A DNA stretch of 64,000 nt from Bacteriovoracia bacterium. Its GTDB lineage: Bacteria; Bdellovibrionota; UBA1018; CAIPTA01. Where the stretch lies: NCBI GenBank assembly GCA_050246755.1, contig JBFWVL010000001.1, forward strand, positions 1,792,001 to 1,856,000. Direction: 5' to 3'. The translations under genes and the position numbers were made by a program. Below, one piece after another: positions 47,473-57,594 of the stretch; positions within the stretch are counted from its first letter, which is position 1, and each line of letters opens with the position of its first letter. The notes below the pieces were generated by a model. That model was not told the DNA's origin, did no database searches, and saw nothing but the letters and a program-made list of their open reading frames with translations.

Positions 47473-48264
47473 TTACCGCAATATCTGCATCATCGAAGTA
47501 TGGACGTGGGAATTCGTGGCGAGCACTTCTTTGCCGTTGATCGAGAATTCCTCGCCGTTATAGCCCGTAACTCTTCCGCCGGCCTCATTCACCAAGAGGG
47601 CGCCGGCGCACACATCCCAGCTCGCGAGATTTCTCTCCCAGAATGCGTCGAATACCCCGGCGGCCACGTAGGCCAGATCGATGGCGGCGGCTCCCGGGCG
47701 GCGCACGGCCCGGGCTTCAAGGTGGGCGCGCTCGAAGCGCTCGATCTCGGGGCAGAGCTTGTCTTCGTCGCGGATATAAGCGAAGCCCGTGGTGAGGAGG
47801 CACTGAGAAAGATGATTGCGCTTGCTCACCTGCATGGGTTTCCGGTTCAGGAAGGCCCCGCCGCCTTTGGCGGCGTGGAAGGTTTCTTCCACGGTGGGAA
47901 TATAAATCACCCCTAGGATCGGCTGATTGCCGATGGCGAGCCCGATCGAAACGCAGAACATGGGAAATCCGTGCACGAAATTCGTGGTGCCGTCGAGGGG
48001 ATCTACGTGCCAAGTAGGCACGGTGGGATCGGTCTTGCCGTTGTCGCCGCTTTCCTCGCCGTGAAACTGGAATCCCGGGTAGGATTTTTTCAGCATCTTT
48101 TGGATAAGGGCTTCGCTCTTCAAATCGGCCTCGGTTACCAGGCTCGAGCGGGCCTTCTCGTGCACCGCAATTTTTTTGCGGTAGTAACGCATGAGCACTG
48201 CGCCGCCTTTGTGGGCGGCCTCGATGGCGTGCTTCTTGATCTTGGCGAGTTCGGCGGGTTTCAT
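47473..48264 (-). CDS. suhB: Inositol monophosphatase family protein
   Basis: LVTEAD, GEE, VDPLDGTTNF, RRPGAAAIDL, WDVCAG. Confidence 0.88.
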   Translation of the reverse strand: MKPAELAKIKKHAIEAAHKGGAVLMRYYRKKIAVHEKARSSLVTEADLKSEALIQKMLKKSYPGFQFHGEESGDNGKTDPTVPTWHVDPLDGTTNFVHGFPMFCVSIGLAIGNQPILGVIYIPTVEETFHAAKGGGAFLNRKPMQVSKRNHLSQCLLTTGFAYIRDEDKLCPEIERFERAHLEARAVRRPGAAAIDLAYVAAGVFDAFWERNLASWDVCAGALLVNEAGGRVTGYNGEEFSINGKEVLATNSHVHTSMMQILR

Positions 48265-48268
48265 ATTC

Positions 48269-49192
48269 TTAGAACCAGGCCATGGAGCGGCGGGCGTTCA
48301 CGTAGTCTTTCACGTACTGGCCATAGGCATCCCGCACTTTGGCCGTCACGGGGCCAAAACCTTTGGTGAAGTCCTTGCGTTTTCCGCCGGGCAGGAGGAT
48401 GGCGGTTACCGGCATTACTTCGCGGGTGGCGCTCGAAACGAAGCATTCCGTGGCGGCTTCCACGTCTTTAGGGAACATCGCGCGATCCTGGTAGGGCAAT
48501 TTTAATTTTACGGCCAATTCCGAAATCAAGGTACGGGTTAATCCGCGCAAGTTGCCGGTATTGGAGCGCGGCTCGTGCAGCGGGGTGTGAAGGCCGCCGT
48601 CGATCACGAAGGTAACGTTCGAGTTCGACGCTTCGGTGAGCTTACCGTCGAGGCTGAGCATGAGGGCGTCGTGGCCTCCGAGCTCCTTGGCTTCTGCCAC
48701 GGCGAGAATATTATTCAGGTAGTTTCCGCTTTTGATATTGGGATCCAGCGCCAGCGGAGAATTGCGGAGCGTGGCGGGCACGGCCAGCACCATCCCGGTC
48801 GAATAAAATTCCGGTTTCCAGGGCGGAAGCTCTTTGGCCAAAATAATAAAGGAGGTCTTCGTCGCGGTGGCGGGATCGAGGTCAAGGGGGCCGTCGCCGC
48901 GGCTGATGGTATAACGGATGAAAACGTCCTCTCCCTTTTTCACGCCGCTTTCTTTTACGGTGCGCATGATTTCCTGGGTAAGGAACGCGCGGTCTTGGGA
49001 AATTTTCATGCGGGCCAAGCGGGCGGAATTTTCGAGGCGGTCGAAATGCTCTTCGAGGAAGAAGGGAACGCCTTCGTAGGTGCGAGTTACCTCGTAAATC
49101 GAATCGCCGTACTGGAAACCGCGGTCGAAGATGGAGATCTTGGCCTCGGCGGCCGGGGTAATCAATCCGTTAACATTCGCCATTGCGCGCAT
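48269..49192 (-). CDS. Class IV aminotransferase (BCAT/D-amino acid/PabC-like)
   Basis: DRGFQYGDSIYE, HFDRL, KSGNYL, EASNSN, LRGLTR. Confidence 0.9.
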   Translation of the reverse strand: MRAMANVNGLITPAAEAKISIFDRGFQYGDSIYEVTRTYEGVPFFLEEHFDRLENSARLARMKISQDRAFLTQEIMRTVKESGVKKGEDVFIRYTISRGDGPLDLDPATATKTSFIILAKELPPWKPEFYSTGMVLAVPATLRNSPLALDPNIKSGNYLNNILAVAEAKELGGHDALMLSLDGKLTEASNSNVTFVIDGGLHTPLHEPRSNTGNLRGLTRTLISELAVKLKLPYQDRAMFPKDVEAATECFVSSATREVMPVTAILLPGGKRKDFTKGFGPVTAKVRDAYGQYVKDYVNARRSMAWF

Positions 49193-49204
49193 GCGATGAG
49201 GTTA

Positions 49205-50392
49205 CTAAAGCGTGCGGATCTTCGCTAGGGGATAATAATAGGACAAAATTTCCTTGAAACGCTTGCCCTCTTCCGCCATCGCACGGGCGCCGATCTGGCA
49301 CATGCCCACGCCGTGCCCATATCCGTCCCCCGCCAGCTGCACGCCGTGCGCGTCCTCGGCCACCTGGAAGGCCGTGCTCTTGATGCGGGTATTGCCCACG
49401 GCATTGCGGAATGCGTTGGCGGAAATCAGCGCGCTATTGCCGGAAATATCGGAGAGCATCACGTCGCTGAGACGGCCGCTGCTATTGGGAGCGCCCGCTT
49501 CCAGGTGAGCGAGGCGCACAAAGCCTTTGGGAAGCAGGCCCGCCACTTTTCGCAACGCGTGTTCCAGCTGGGGCTTGGAGAGATGGAGCGCCCAACGCTT
49601 CTGGTCCCGTTTGTTCTTATGGTAGGGGCAAACCACGGGCCGGAATCCGCCGATATTTCCGCCCCACACAAATTCGGGAACTTCGGTGATGCCGCCGCAG
49701 TTCGCGTGGAAGTACGCCTTCACGATAGATTGCGAAAAAGTAAGAACCATTCCGCGCGTCTCGTCCACGGCGGAGTTGGAGCGAGGGGTTTCGCTTTCCG
49801 CGCCGTCGTATACCTGATCCTGCGTGGTGCTTTCGAGATCGAATTCGCGGCCGGCGCTCTGCTGAATTTGGTAGATTGCGTAGGAGCGGGAAGCCACCGC
49901 TTGCGCTTTCAGGGCCTCCATCGGCCAGCTTGGAGACATTTCGCGATTGATGAGCCCGGCGATATACTTTTCAATTCCGAGCGTGTTCACCACGGCGCAG
50001 CCACCCTGGCGCGGATAAATGGTAAGCCGGTTGCGATAGAGCTTTCCATTCACGCGCAGAAAACCGGCGGAAGTGGCGATTTCTAATTTCTCCGTGGTTT
50101 GGCGCCCGGGGCCGAACTCCACGAAACCCCGGCCCGATTTATTTTTCCCGCAGTGCACGCCCACGAAGCTTTCCCCAGCGAAGGTTTGCTTTCCGTCGAT
50201 GACGAGATCAGCTCCCGATAAGCGGAAGCGCGGGTAGGTACCGAGAAGAATACGCACTTCGCGTTCGGCATTCGCGGAACTTAGAAGGCCGGAAGGGGAA
50301 ATGGGAAGGGCGAATGCCTTCCCCGAAAAAAGAGAAAACCATCCTAGTGCGAGCGTGAGCCCGCTGAGCTTGAAGCAATCCATTGCCACCAC
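49205..50392 (-). CDS. SpoIID/LytB-domain protein
   Basis: EMSPSWPMEALKAQAVASRSY, DQVY, GYGHGVGMCQIGA, ILSYYYP. Confidence 0.9.
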   Translation of the reverse strand: MVAMDCFKLSGLTLALGWFSLFSGKAFALPISPSGLLSSANAEREVRILLGTYPRFRLSGADLVIDGKQTFAGESFVGVHCGKNKSGRGFVEFGPGRQTTEKLEIATSAGFLRVNGKLYRNRLTIYPRQGGCAVVNTLGIEKYIAGLINREMSPSWPMEALKAQAVASRSYAIYQIQQSAGREFDLESTTQDQVYDGAESETPRSNSAVDETRGMVLTFSQSIVKAYFHANCGGITEVPEFVWGGNIGGFRPVVCPYHKNKRDQKRWALHLSKPQLEHALRKVAGLLPKGFVRLAHLEAGAPNSSGRLSDVMLSDISGNSALISANAFRNAVGNTRIKSTAFQVAEDAHGVQLAGDGYGHGVGMCQIGARAMAEEGKRFKEILSYYYPLAKIRTL

Positions 50393-50437
50393 GCAAAAAT
50401 TCTAACAGTAGCGGTGGCAATGGCGCGAAGAACTTCT

Positions 50438-51220
50438 CTACCTTGTACCGGCTGGCTTCACCACTTCGCCGAGGAAGCGCATGATATCCGTGGGGAAAGG
50501 GAAAATAATCGTATGCGTGCCGGGCTGGCCGCTTACCTCTTTGAGTGTTTGCAGGTAACGGAGCGCCAGCGTGGAAGAGTTCCGGCTCATTTCCACCGCG
50601 GCTTCGGCGAGCTGCTTGGCAGCCTGGAATTCCCCTTCGGCGGCGATCACCTTCGCACGGCGCTCGCGCTCGGCTTCCGCCTGGCGGGCCATCGCTCGCT
50701 GCATTTCGGGCGGAAGATCGATCTGCTTCACTTCCACGTGGCTCACCTTGATTCCCCATGGCTCGGTCTGCTGATCGAGGATCGCCTGGAGTTTCACGTT
50801 CAGGGTTTCGCGGGCGGAGAGCAATTCGTCGAGCTCCACTTGGCCAAGCACCGAGCGCAGCGTGGTTTGGGAAAGCTGCGAAGTGGCGAACAGATAATTC
50901 TCGATCGCGATCACGCTTTTCAGCGGGTCCACCACGCGGAAGTAAATCACCGCGTTCACCTTGAGAGTCACGTTATCGCGGGTGATCACGTCTTGGGGAG
51001 GAACGTCGAAGGTAACCGTACGCAGGTCCACGCGGCTCATGCGGTCCATGATCGGAATCAAGATCATTAGCCCCGGGCCTTTAGGTTCCGGCAGGGCGCG
51101 TCCGAGACGAAAGATCACTGCTCGCTCGTACTCGTTCAATACTTTTACGGAGCTGAATAAAAAACCCAGCACGATGATTACGAATATTCCGCCGCCGGGC
51201 AGAAGATTGATGATTTCCAT
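50438..51220 (-). CDS. SPFH/slipin (stomatin-like) protein
   Basis: [38 protein letters not shown]. Confidence 0.92.
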   Translation of the reverse strand: MEIINLLPGGGIFVIIVLGFLFSSVKVLNEYERAVIFRLGRALPEPKGPGLMILIPIMDRMSRVDLRTVTFDVPPQDVITRDNVTLKVNAVIYFRVVDPLKSVIAIENYLFATSQLSQTTLRSVLGQVELDELLSARETLNVKLQAILDQQTEPWGIKVSHVEVKQIDLPPEMQRAMARQAEAERERRAKVIAAEGEFQAAKQLAEAAVEMSRNSSTLALRYLQTLKEVSGQPGTHTIIFPFPTDIMRFLGEVVKPAGTR

Positions 51221-51222
51221 TT

Positions 51223-52497
51223 TTACGTTCTCCTTTGTAGTGTCACTTTTAAGCCTTGTACCGCGATAACTTTTGCTTGGTCTCCGGGGGATAGCGGATC
51301 GTCCGACTCGAACTGCCAGAGCTCGCCGTTCACATAGGCCGTGCCGTTTTTGCCCTCGACCGTGACCACCGAAGCTTCCGCGTCCCGCATGCGATCGATG
51401 GGAAGGCCTTGGAGGCGGCGGTCCCGCAAAATAAGGTAGGTAATCGCGCCCGCCACCACCGCCACCGCGGCCACGAGCGCGAGGAGCATAGGCAGAGGAA
51501 TTCTCTGGGCGCTGCTTGCGGGATCCACGAGGAAGAGCCCGCCGAGGAAGAGAGCGGCTACCGCCGCCACCGAAAGCAAGCCGTAACTGGTAACGAAAAT
51601 TTCCGCGATCAGGAGCACGAAGCCAAACGAGAAGAGCATGGCCCCGCCGGTATTAATCGGCAGCATCTGCATGCTCACGAACGCCAGGATGAAGCAGAAA
51701 ATTCCGATCACGGCCGGAGCGATGAGCGTGAAGCCCGCCGAAACTTCCGCATAGAAAGCGACTCCGCCCACCGTCATTAGGATGGCGCTGATGCTAGGGT
51801 CGGCGATGAAGTGCAGGAAGGACTGCTTCGTGTTCATCTCCCGGCGCACGAGGCCGGTGGCGCCGAGGCCGGAGGTACGTAAGGTAATCTCCCGGTCGGG
51901 ATTTTGCAGTTTTACTTTATGTCCCTCGAGTTTGCGCAGGAGATCTTCGGTATCGGCTGCGATGAGATCCACCACGCCCGCCTTCAGCGCTTCGTCGGCA
52001 GAAAAAGAGACGCTCTTGGTCACGAAGGTTTCCGCGGCTTCGGGTTTCCGTCCGCGAAGTTCGGCCTGGGCCCGGGCGAGGGCGGCCGTATCGTTCAGTA
52101 CTTTGCGGCCCAGCTCGCCCTTCACGTCTTCGCCTTGGCCGCCCACCGGATGGGCCGCGCCGATATTCGTGCCGGGAGCCATGGCCGCCACGTGCGCGGA
52201 GATCGTGATTAGGGCCCCGGCGCTGGCGGCGCCCGCTCCTCCCGGAGCCACGAACACGATCACGGGAATCTTCGAGGAAGAAAAGCTCTGGATGATATCG
52301 CGGGTGCTCGAGAGCAATCCGCCCGGAGTATCGAGCCGGAGCAGGAGAGCCTGGGCATTTTCTTTTTGGGCCGCCGCGAGCGATTCTAAGATGTACGCGG
52401 CGCTGCCGGGGTTGATCGAGCCGTGCAGCTCGAGAAAATGAACAGGCCCCGCGGCTTGGCCGAAGGTGGAAAAAAATAGGGAGAGAAAAAGAATCAT
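51223..52497 (-). CDS. NfeD membrane-bound serine protease
   Basis: [22 protein letters not shown] region, C-terminal OB fold (VNGELW). Confidence 0.9.
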   Translation of the reverse strand: MILFLSLFFSTFGQAAGPVHFLELHGSINPGSAAYILESLAAAQKENAQALLLRLDTPGGLLSSTRDIIQSFSSSKIPVIVFVAPGGAGAASAGALITISAHVAAMAPGTNIGAAHPVGGQGEDVKGELGRKVLNDTAALARAQAELRGRKPEAAETFVTKSVSFSADEALKAGVVDLIAADTEDLLRKLEGHKVKLQNPDREITLRTSGLGATGLVRREMNTKQSFLHFIADPSISAILMTVGGVAFYAEVSAGFTLIAPAVIGIFCFILAFVSMQMLPINTGGAMLFSFGFVLLIAEIFVTSYGLLSVAAVAALFLGGLFLVDPASSAQRIPLPMLLALVAAVAVVAGAITYLILRDRRLQGLPIDRMRDAEASVVTVEGKNGTAYVNGELWQFESDDPLSPGDQAKVIAVQGLKVTLQRRT

Positions 52498-53165
52498 GCG
52501 CGGTTCTCCAGCATCTTCATCACGGACTGGAGGTCTTCCCAAGCCTCTTTCTTTTTGGCCGGGGAGTGCAGTAAATCGCGGGGGTGGTGAGTGCAGATCA
52601 CCCGTTTACCGTTCCATTCAAATTCTTGTTTGCGCAGAACTCGAAGCGGAGATTCGGAGCGAGCAATGGCCTGAGCCGCGCGTTCGCCCATGGCCACCAG
52701 GATGGGAGCATTCACCCATTGCAGCTGCATCTTCAGGTGGCGCTCACACGCGTCGAACAGAGAATTATCCACGCTTTGTCCTACCGGCGGGTGGCACTTG
52801 AAGGCGTTGGTGAGGTAAGCCTCTTCCGGCTTTACCTTCATCGCCAGGATCATCTTGTTCAGCAACGCGCCGGCTTCATCGGAAAAAGGCTCGCCGGTTT
52901 CGTTATCGCTGTCGGATGGGAAGTCTCCCACGAATGCCACCCGTGCCTCCGGGCTTCCTCGTCCAAATACAGATTGTTTACGGCCGATATGGAGCACGCA
53001 GGCTTGGCAAAAGCGAACCTCCTCGGCGTAACCCTGTAAGCTGAGCGCGCCGTTTGGCTGAGCCTGGGCATTTCCCTCGAGGGAAAAGAAGGGGAAATCG
53101 AGTAAATCTCCGTAGAGATTCTCGAGGGTATGCGCGGCGGATTGCGCCCAATCTTGCTGATTCAT
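52494..53165 (-). CDS. Family-4 uracil-DNA glycosylase-like Fe-S protein with altered motifs
   Basis: CQAC..VFGRG, GDFPS (canonical GE[AG]PG), TNAFKCHPP, HHPRDLL. Confidence 0.75.
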   Translation of the reverse strand: MNQQDWAQSAAHTLENLYGDLLDFPFFSLEGNAQAQPNGALSLQGYAEEVRFCQACVLHIGRKQSVFGRGSPEARVAFVGDFPSDSDNETGEPFSDEAGALLNKMILAMKVKPEEAYLTNAFKCHPPVGQSVDNSLFDACERHLKMQLQWVNAPILVAMGERAAQAIARSESPLRVLRKQEFEWNGKRVICTHHPRDLLHSPAKKKEAWEDLQSVMKMLENRA

Positions 53166-53293
53166 GGGGCTGACTCTAGGGCTGGATCGATAGCGAAGCA
53201 AGCCTAACCGGCAGCCCGGTAAGAGCGCCGCATTAAAGGCGATTTCTAACTCGCGCCGTGTAAAACCGACTTATTACCTCCAGTGAAAAAGCT

Positions 53294-53320
53294 TCAACTG
53301 TTTCACGAAGTTTCCGAAGA
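53294..53320 (+). promoter_or_regulatory. Sigma28/FliA-like promoter candidate
   Basis: TCAA-N15-TCCGAAGA. Confidence 0.45.
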
Positions 53321-53350
53321 GATACATGTAGCCACTAGGCATCACGGAGG

Positions 53351-53608
53351 ATGACGGCAATGGATAAGAAACAAGAAGAAAATTTTGAAGAAGACGTAGA
53401 GGCTGCGGAACCTGAAAATTTCGTGCCCTACCAGAACCCTACCGCCAATGCCGACGAAGCGTTGCGCCTCTTAGAGGGTTGCCCGATTTGCGGCTGCAAG
53501 CTGCATTTCACCAACTTTACCGATTTTGCCCGCATGGTTTCCCACGAAGTTGTCCGCTGCGACGACTGCGGATACCGCGCCAAAAAAGATATGATGCAAT
53601 TGCAATAG
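53351..53608 (+). CDS. Small zinc-ribbon protein
   Basis: GGAGG SD; CPIC..CDDC; acidic N-terminus. Confidence 0.7.
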   Translation: MTAMDKKQEENFEEDVEAAEPENFVPYQNPTANADEALRLLEGCPICGCKLHFTNFTDFARMVSHEVVRCDDCGYRAKKDMMQLQ

Positions 53609-53669
53609 ACGAAGACCTGTTTCCTGCGGTGAGAGGCCTGGCGAAAGCTGGGTCTTTTGCATTTCTGCT

Positions 53670-53696
53670 TTACGGTACCGAACCGGCTGTCGATAA
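53670..53696 (+). promoter_or_regulatory. Sigma28/FliA-like promoter candidate
   Basis: TTAC-N15-GTCGATAA, 6 nt before ATG 53703. Confidence 0.4.
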
Positions 53697-53702
53697 GCCT
53701 CT

Positions 53703-54104
53703 ATGGGAATTTCCCTTTTCGTTCTGCTACTGAATGCTTGCTTCGCGAAGGCCGACTCTTCGGCCGAAATCGTACGTTATCTCGGCACCGCCGGCGCTTT
53801 CGGGCAGCAGTCCATTTCCCTTCTCTGCGCCGACGGCGCGAAAAAGTGCCGGATCAAGGAAATGAAGAACGCGGAAGTTCTCGGCCAGGCGGAACTAGAA
53901 AGCGCCGAGGCGGAAAAAATCCTCGGCGAATTTAAAAGCGGGGTGGGTAAATCTTTCGCCGCCGTTTCTAATCCGGCGTTGAGCTGGAGCCTGCATTACC
54001 GGGGCGAAAATTTATTCGGGAGCGTTTCGCGAAAATTCGGTAACTCCGCCGCCACTCCTTCCTTGATGAAGCTGGAGCTCGAGCTCCGGAGCAGGCTGAA
54101 ATGA
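53703..54104 (+). CDS. Secreted hypothetical protein
   Basis: Signal peptide; ATGA-coupled to the next gene. Confidence 0.6.
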   Translation: MGISLFVLLLNACFAKADSSAEIVRYLGTAGAFGQQSISLLCADGAKKCRIKEMKNAEVLGQAELESAEAEKILGEFKSGVGKSFAAVSNPALSWSLHYRGENLFGSVSRKFGNSAATPSLMKLELELRSRLK

Positions 54105-55456
54105 TCGCGTTGCTGCTATTTCTTTCCGCCTTCGCACAGGCCCAGAGCAGCTATGATCCCAATGAGCTGCTCCAGGCGGCCAGGCTCGAAGCAACTCTCT
54201 CCTGCGATCTCGATACCGCACCTCCCGCCGCGGAGGAGCCTATGTGCCAGGGCACCTTCGAATCGCTGTGCGGCCAGGAGCCCTCGCGCACCGCGCTCAC
54301 GGCGGGCGATTTCCGGAAAAAGTATTTCGGCGAGGCTCATTGGCAGAGCTTGCAGGATTTATCGCGGCGGATTTTGGCCGCCGGCCAAGACCGCAAAGAG
54401 AAAAAAGCAGCTTTGGCCACCTACACTCAAATCGTGCGCGCGGTGCAGGCCCAGGTTGGCGCAGCGGCCGCCGAAAATGGCATTCCGCCCGGCGCGATCA
54501 AGCGGCAGCTAGAGGAGGTGAAGGCCGACTTCGTGAAACGGCTGCGCGCTTATCCTCAATTCAAAAACCTTCGGTATACGCAGAAGAAAATCGCGGCCAT
54601 CCAGCTTTTCGATGCCGATTCTTTAGCGGGCGCGGAGGCGGAGGATATCGAAGATTTTTATCGCTCCTGCGGCGTGGATGGGCTGATGACCCAGGCCTAC
54701 TATAATCCCGACCTCAACCGGGTGGTGCTTTGCCCGGGATACGTGCTGGAAAACCTGAGGCCCGAAGGAGTGCGGGGGATGACCTTTCTCTTCGGCCACG
54801 AGATCGGGCACGCGGCGGATCCCCTGGAGATGGACACGTTAAGCACGGACGCCCAGCCCTATAGCTACCTTGCTCGCTACCAGAATTTTCTTTCCTGCCT
54901 CACCGAAAATTACAAGGATGAATTTCGTTCGATTGAAGACGCCAAGGCGAAAGTTCTCGGCGTGACGAAGCCGGGACTGGAAGCTTGTGAGCTGAAATTA
55001 AAAAAAGAGGGCGCTTCCGCGGAGGATATTTTTAGCGTGAGATCCCAGCTCGACCGCTTGCCCGCGGCGGTAGAGGAATTCGACGCTCAGCTGAAGGAAT
55101 ACCATGCGAACGGGAAAGGCGGCGATCCAGTTTTCAGCCATTCGGGGGAGCTAGCCGCCGATTTCATGGGCTCGGAGGCCAGCGGAAACCTGCTATGGAA
55201 AGTCAGCCCCGCCGAGCGCCCCGCGATCGCACGTTCCCAGGTTGCCTTCTTTTGCCAGATCGACGAGACGAAGAAAAAAGTTTCCGATCTTTGCGGGCAA
55301 GATGCTTCCCCGGTTGCCGAAGTGGGCGACGATGGCTCGCATCCCCGCTTCCGTTTCCGGATCGAGTTTTTCCTGCGCAATCCCAGAATTCGCGCCGCGC
55401 TCGGGTGCACGTCGGTTTCCGCCAAACCCTGGTGCTCGCTCTATGGGAAAAAGTGA
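54101..55456 (+). CDS. Secreted Cys-rich zincin-like metallopeptidase
   Basis: Signal peptide; QAYYNP..LCPG, HEIGH, ELAAD, SHP..R. Confidence 0.7.
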   Translation: MIALLLFLSAFAQAQSSYDPNELLQAARLEATLSCDLDTAPPAAEEPMCQGTFESLCGQEPSRTALTAGDFRKKYFGEAHWQSLQDLSRRILAAGQDRKEKKAALATYTQIVRAVQAQVGAAAAENGIPPGAIKRQLEEVKADFVKRLRAYPQFKNLRYTQKKIAAIQLFDADSLAGAEAEDIEDFYRSCGVDGLMTQAYYNPDLNRVVLCPGYVLENLRPEGVRGMTFLFGHEIGHAADPLEMDTLSTDAQPYSYLARYQNFLSCLTENYKDEFRSIEDAKAKVLGVTKPGLEACELKLKKEGASAEDIFSVRSQLDRLPAAVEEFDAQLKEYHANGKGGDPVFSHSGELAADFMGSEASGNLLWKVSPAERPAIARSQVAFFCQIDETKKKVSDLCGQDASPVAEVGDDGSHPRFRFRIEFFLRNPRIRAALGCTSVSAKPWCSLYGKK

Positions 55457-55481
55457 TGCGGTGGTTAGCCGCGGCGAACTT

Positions 55482-57449
55482 TTAAAAATTCTTTCTCTGC
55501 TGCCGCTGGAAATTTACCGCGAACCGGTGCGCCTCATCGCGTACCCTCTGCAATAAATGCGTAACTGGAGAATCCGGCGCGAGCACGATCGGGTTCATGC
55601 GGCCCGGCTTGAAAATCCTCTCGAAACCGCGGATCAGCTCGCGGTTATCCAGTTTTAGCGAAGCCCTCTGCTCCAAAATTTCTTCCGCGGCTGGATCGGC
55701 CACTTCCGGCATCTCGGCCCCCGTGCCCGGCATATTCTGCACGGCTTCGATCCCTTCGGCCGTTGGATTATCGCCCGCCGCCCGCGCCGCGGCCTCCGCC
55801 GCCTTTTGCGCCCGCCGCTCGGCGAGCATTTCGTCCATGTCCACGGCCTTGGCTTTGGCGAGTGCTACGAGGTCGATGCCGGTCACGTTCAGTTCTTTGA
55901 TCACTTCCACCGCCATCGAGAGCTGGCCCTTGCCTCCGTCTACGATCAGGAGATCGGGCGGTTCCTCGAAGTTCTTCGCGTCGTCGAGGGTTTTCACGAG
56001 GCGGCGCTCGATCACTTCGCGCATGGCCGCAAAATCATTCTGGGTATTGGTGGAGCGGATCTTGTAGTGGCGGTAGAGGGATTTATCGGGTTTTCCCTCG
56101 ATGAAGGTTACCCGCGAAGCCACGATGCCCGTATCGCCTAAGTTGGAAATATCGTAGCACTCGATGCGGCGGGGATAGTTTTCCAAACGCAGTTTCGCCT
56201 TCAGGTCGGCGAGCACGCGGTAGATCGAGCCCTTCTCGCGCTGGCGTTCGTCGAAGGCGTTTTCGGCATTTTTTTCGCCGAGGAGAAGCATCTCGTGCTT
56301 GGCGCCTTTTTGGGGAAGGGTAACGGTGATCTTGTGGTTCAATTCCTGAAAGGATTGTACCAGCACGTCGAGATCGGGAAAATCGAAGGGGAGCAGCAGC
56401 TCTTCCGGCCAGCTTTTTCCTTCGGCGCCCGGAAAGGCGAAGGCGCCGGTGGGAGCTTTGCTTTCTTCTTCCTCAGGATCCAGGCGATCGGCAGTGAGGT
56501 AGAACTGCGCGAGGAATTGCGAAAGAATTTCTTCGTCGGAACGGCCTTCGAGGTCGTCGAAGTGGAAGGTGGCCGAATCCACGAGGTTCCCCCCGCGCAC
56601 GAATAATAGCGCAATCGAGGCGGCGTCCGGCTTGCGGTACCAGCCCACCACGTCGCGGTTCACGCCCTCGCGGTGGCCGCGCTCCACCGTGGACCCGTCT
56701 TTACGGCGGCTGATCGTGTCCTGGAGGGAAGTAATTTGGTCCCGCACCCGGGCGGCCTGCTCGAACTCTTCGAGCGCGGAGTATTTTTCCATTTCGTCGG
56801 AAAGCTGCTGGATGGCTTCTTTGCTGTAACCCTTCAGCACTTGAAGCGCGCGTTCCACATCTTTGCGATAGTTCTCCGGGGTGATTTGGGCGGTGCAGGG
56901 CGCGGAGCAAATTCCGATTTGGTAGTTGATGCAGGGACGGGAGCGATTGGCGAATTCGGAGTCGCTGCAGTCGCGCAGGCGAAAAATCCGGTTCAAAGTG
57001 CGCACGGCCGAGCGGAGAGAGTAGGAGGACGCGAAGGGCCCGTAGAGCGAAACGTTTTTCTTTTTCTTGGGTCGCCTTACGTAAAGCACTTTGGGGAAGG
57101 TATGGCCTTCGTCCACCATCACGTAAGGATAGGATTTGTCGTCCTTGAGCATGATATTGTAGCGGGGCTTATGCTTCTTGATTAGAATGCTCTCGAGGAT
57201 CAGGGCCTCGGCTTCGGTCTGGGTAAGGATCACGTCGAAGGAATGCACCTTCTGCACGAGGGCGCGGGTCTTAGGCTCGTCGATATTGGGCCGGAAGTAG
57301 GAGCTCACGCGGTGCTGGAGGCTCTTGGCTTTGCCGATATAGAGAATCTTCGAATCCTTATCGAGCATGCGGTATACGCCGGGGCCTTCGGTGGTATTCC
57401 GGGCTTTGTCCTGAAGGACGATTAGGCGTTGCTCGTAGGCGCTGCTCAT
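55482..57449 (-). CDS. uvrC: Excinuclease ABC subunit C (no C-terminal HhH domain)
   Basis: GIY-YIG (PGVY..LYIGKAKSL), LKDDKSYPY, UVR, IECYDISN, DGGKGQ, RDEAHRFA. Confidence 0.92.
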   Translation of the reverse strand: MSSAYEQRLIVLQDKARNTTEGPGVYRMLDKDSKILYIGKAKSLQHRVSSYFRPNIDEPKTRALVQKVHSFDVILTQTEAEALILESILIKKHKPRYNIMLKDDKSYPYVMVDEGHTFPKVLYVRRPKKKKNVSLYGPFASSYSLRSAVRTLNRIFRLRDCSDSEFANRSRPCINYQIGICSAPCTAQITPENYRKDVERALQVLKGYSKEAIQQLSDEMEKYSALEEFEQAARVRDQITSLQDTISRRKDGSTVERGHREGVNRDVVGWYRKPDAASIALLFVRGGNLVDSATFHFDDLEGRSDEEILSQFLAQFYLTADRLDPEEEESKAPTGAFAFPGAEGKSWPEELLLPFDFPDLDVLVQSFQELNHKITVTLPQKGAKHEMLLLGEKNAENAFDERQREKGSIYRVLADLKAKLRLENYPRRIECYDISNLGDTGIVASRVTFIEGKPDKSLYRHYKIRSTNTQNDFAAMREVIERRLVKTLDDAKNFEEPPDLLIVDGGKGQLSMAVEVIKELNVTGIDLVALAKAKAVDMDEMLAERRAQKAAEAAARAAGDNPTAEGIEAVQNMPGTGAEMPEVADPAAEEILEQRASLKLDNRELIRGFERIFKPGRMNPIVLAPDSPVTHLLQRVRDEAHRFAVNFQRQQRKNF

Positions 57450-57594
57450 GAAATCAAACACTCCTAAGTCTGACGGATTCTCTCTTGGAGATTCTACAGC
57501 CTAACTGCCCCAAATTCTCGGCAAGCTTTAACGCGCCGCGCACTAGCCCGCAAAGCGCTCTCGCTGTATAGTGCTTTTCACACACAGGAGCTCT

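Noticed and set aside
50438-52497. nfeD-slipin pair as a novel system
   Set aside because: A well-known conserved gene pair.
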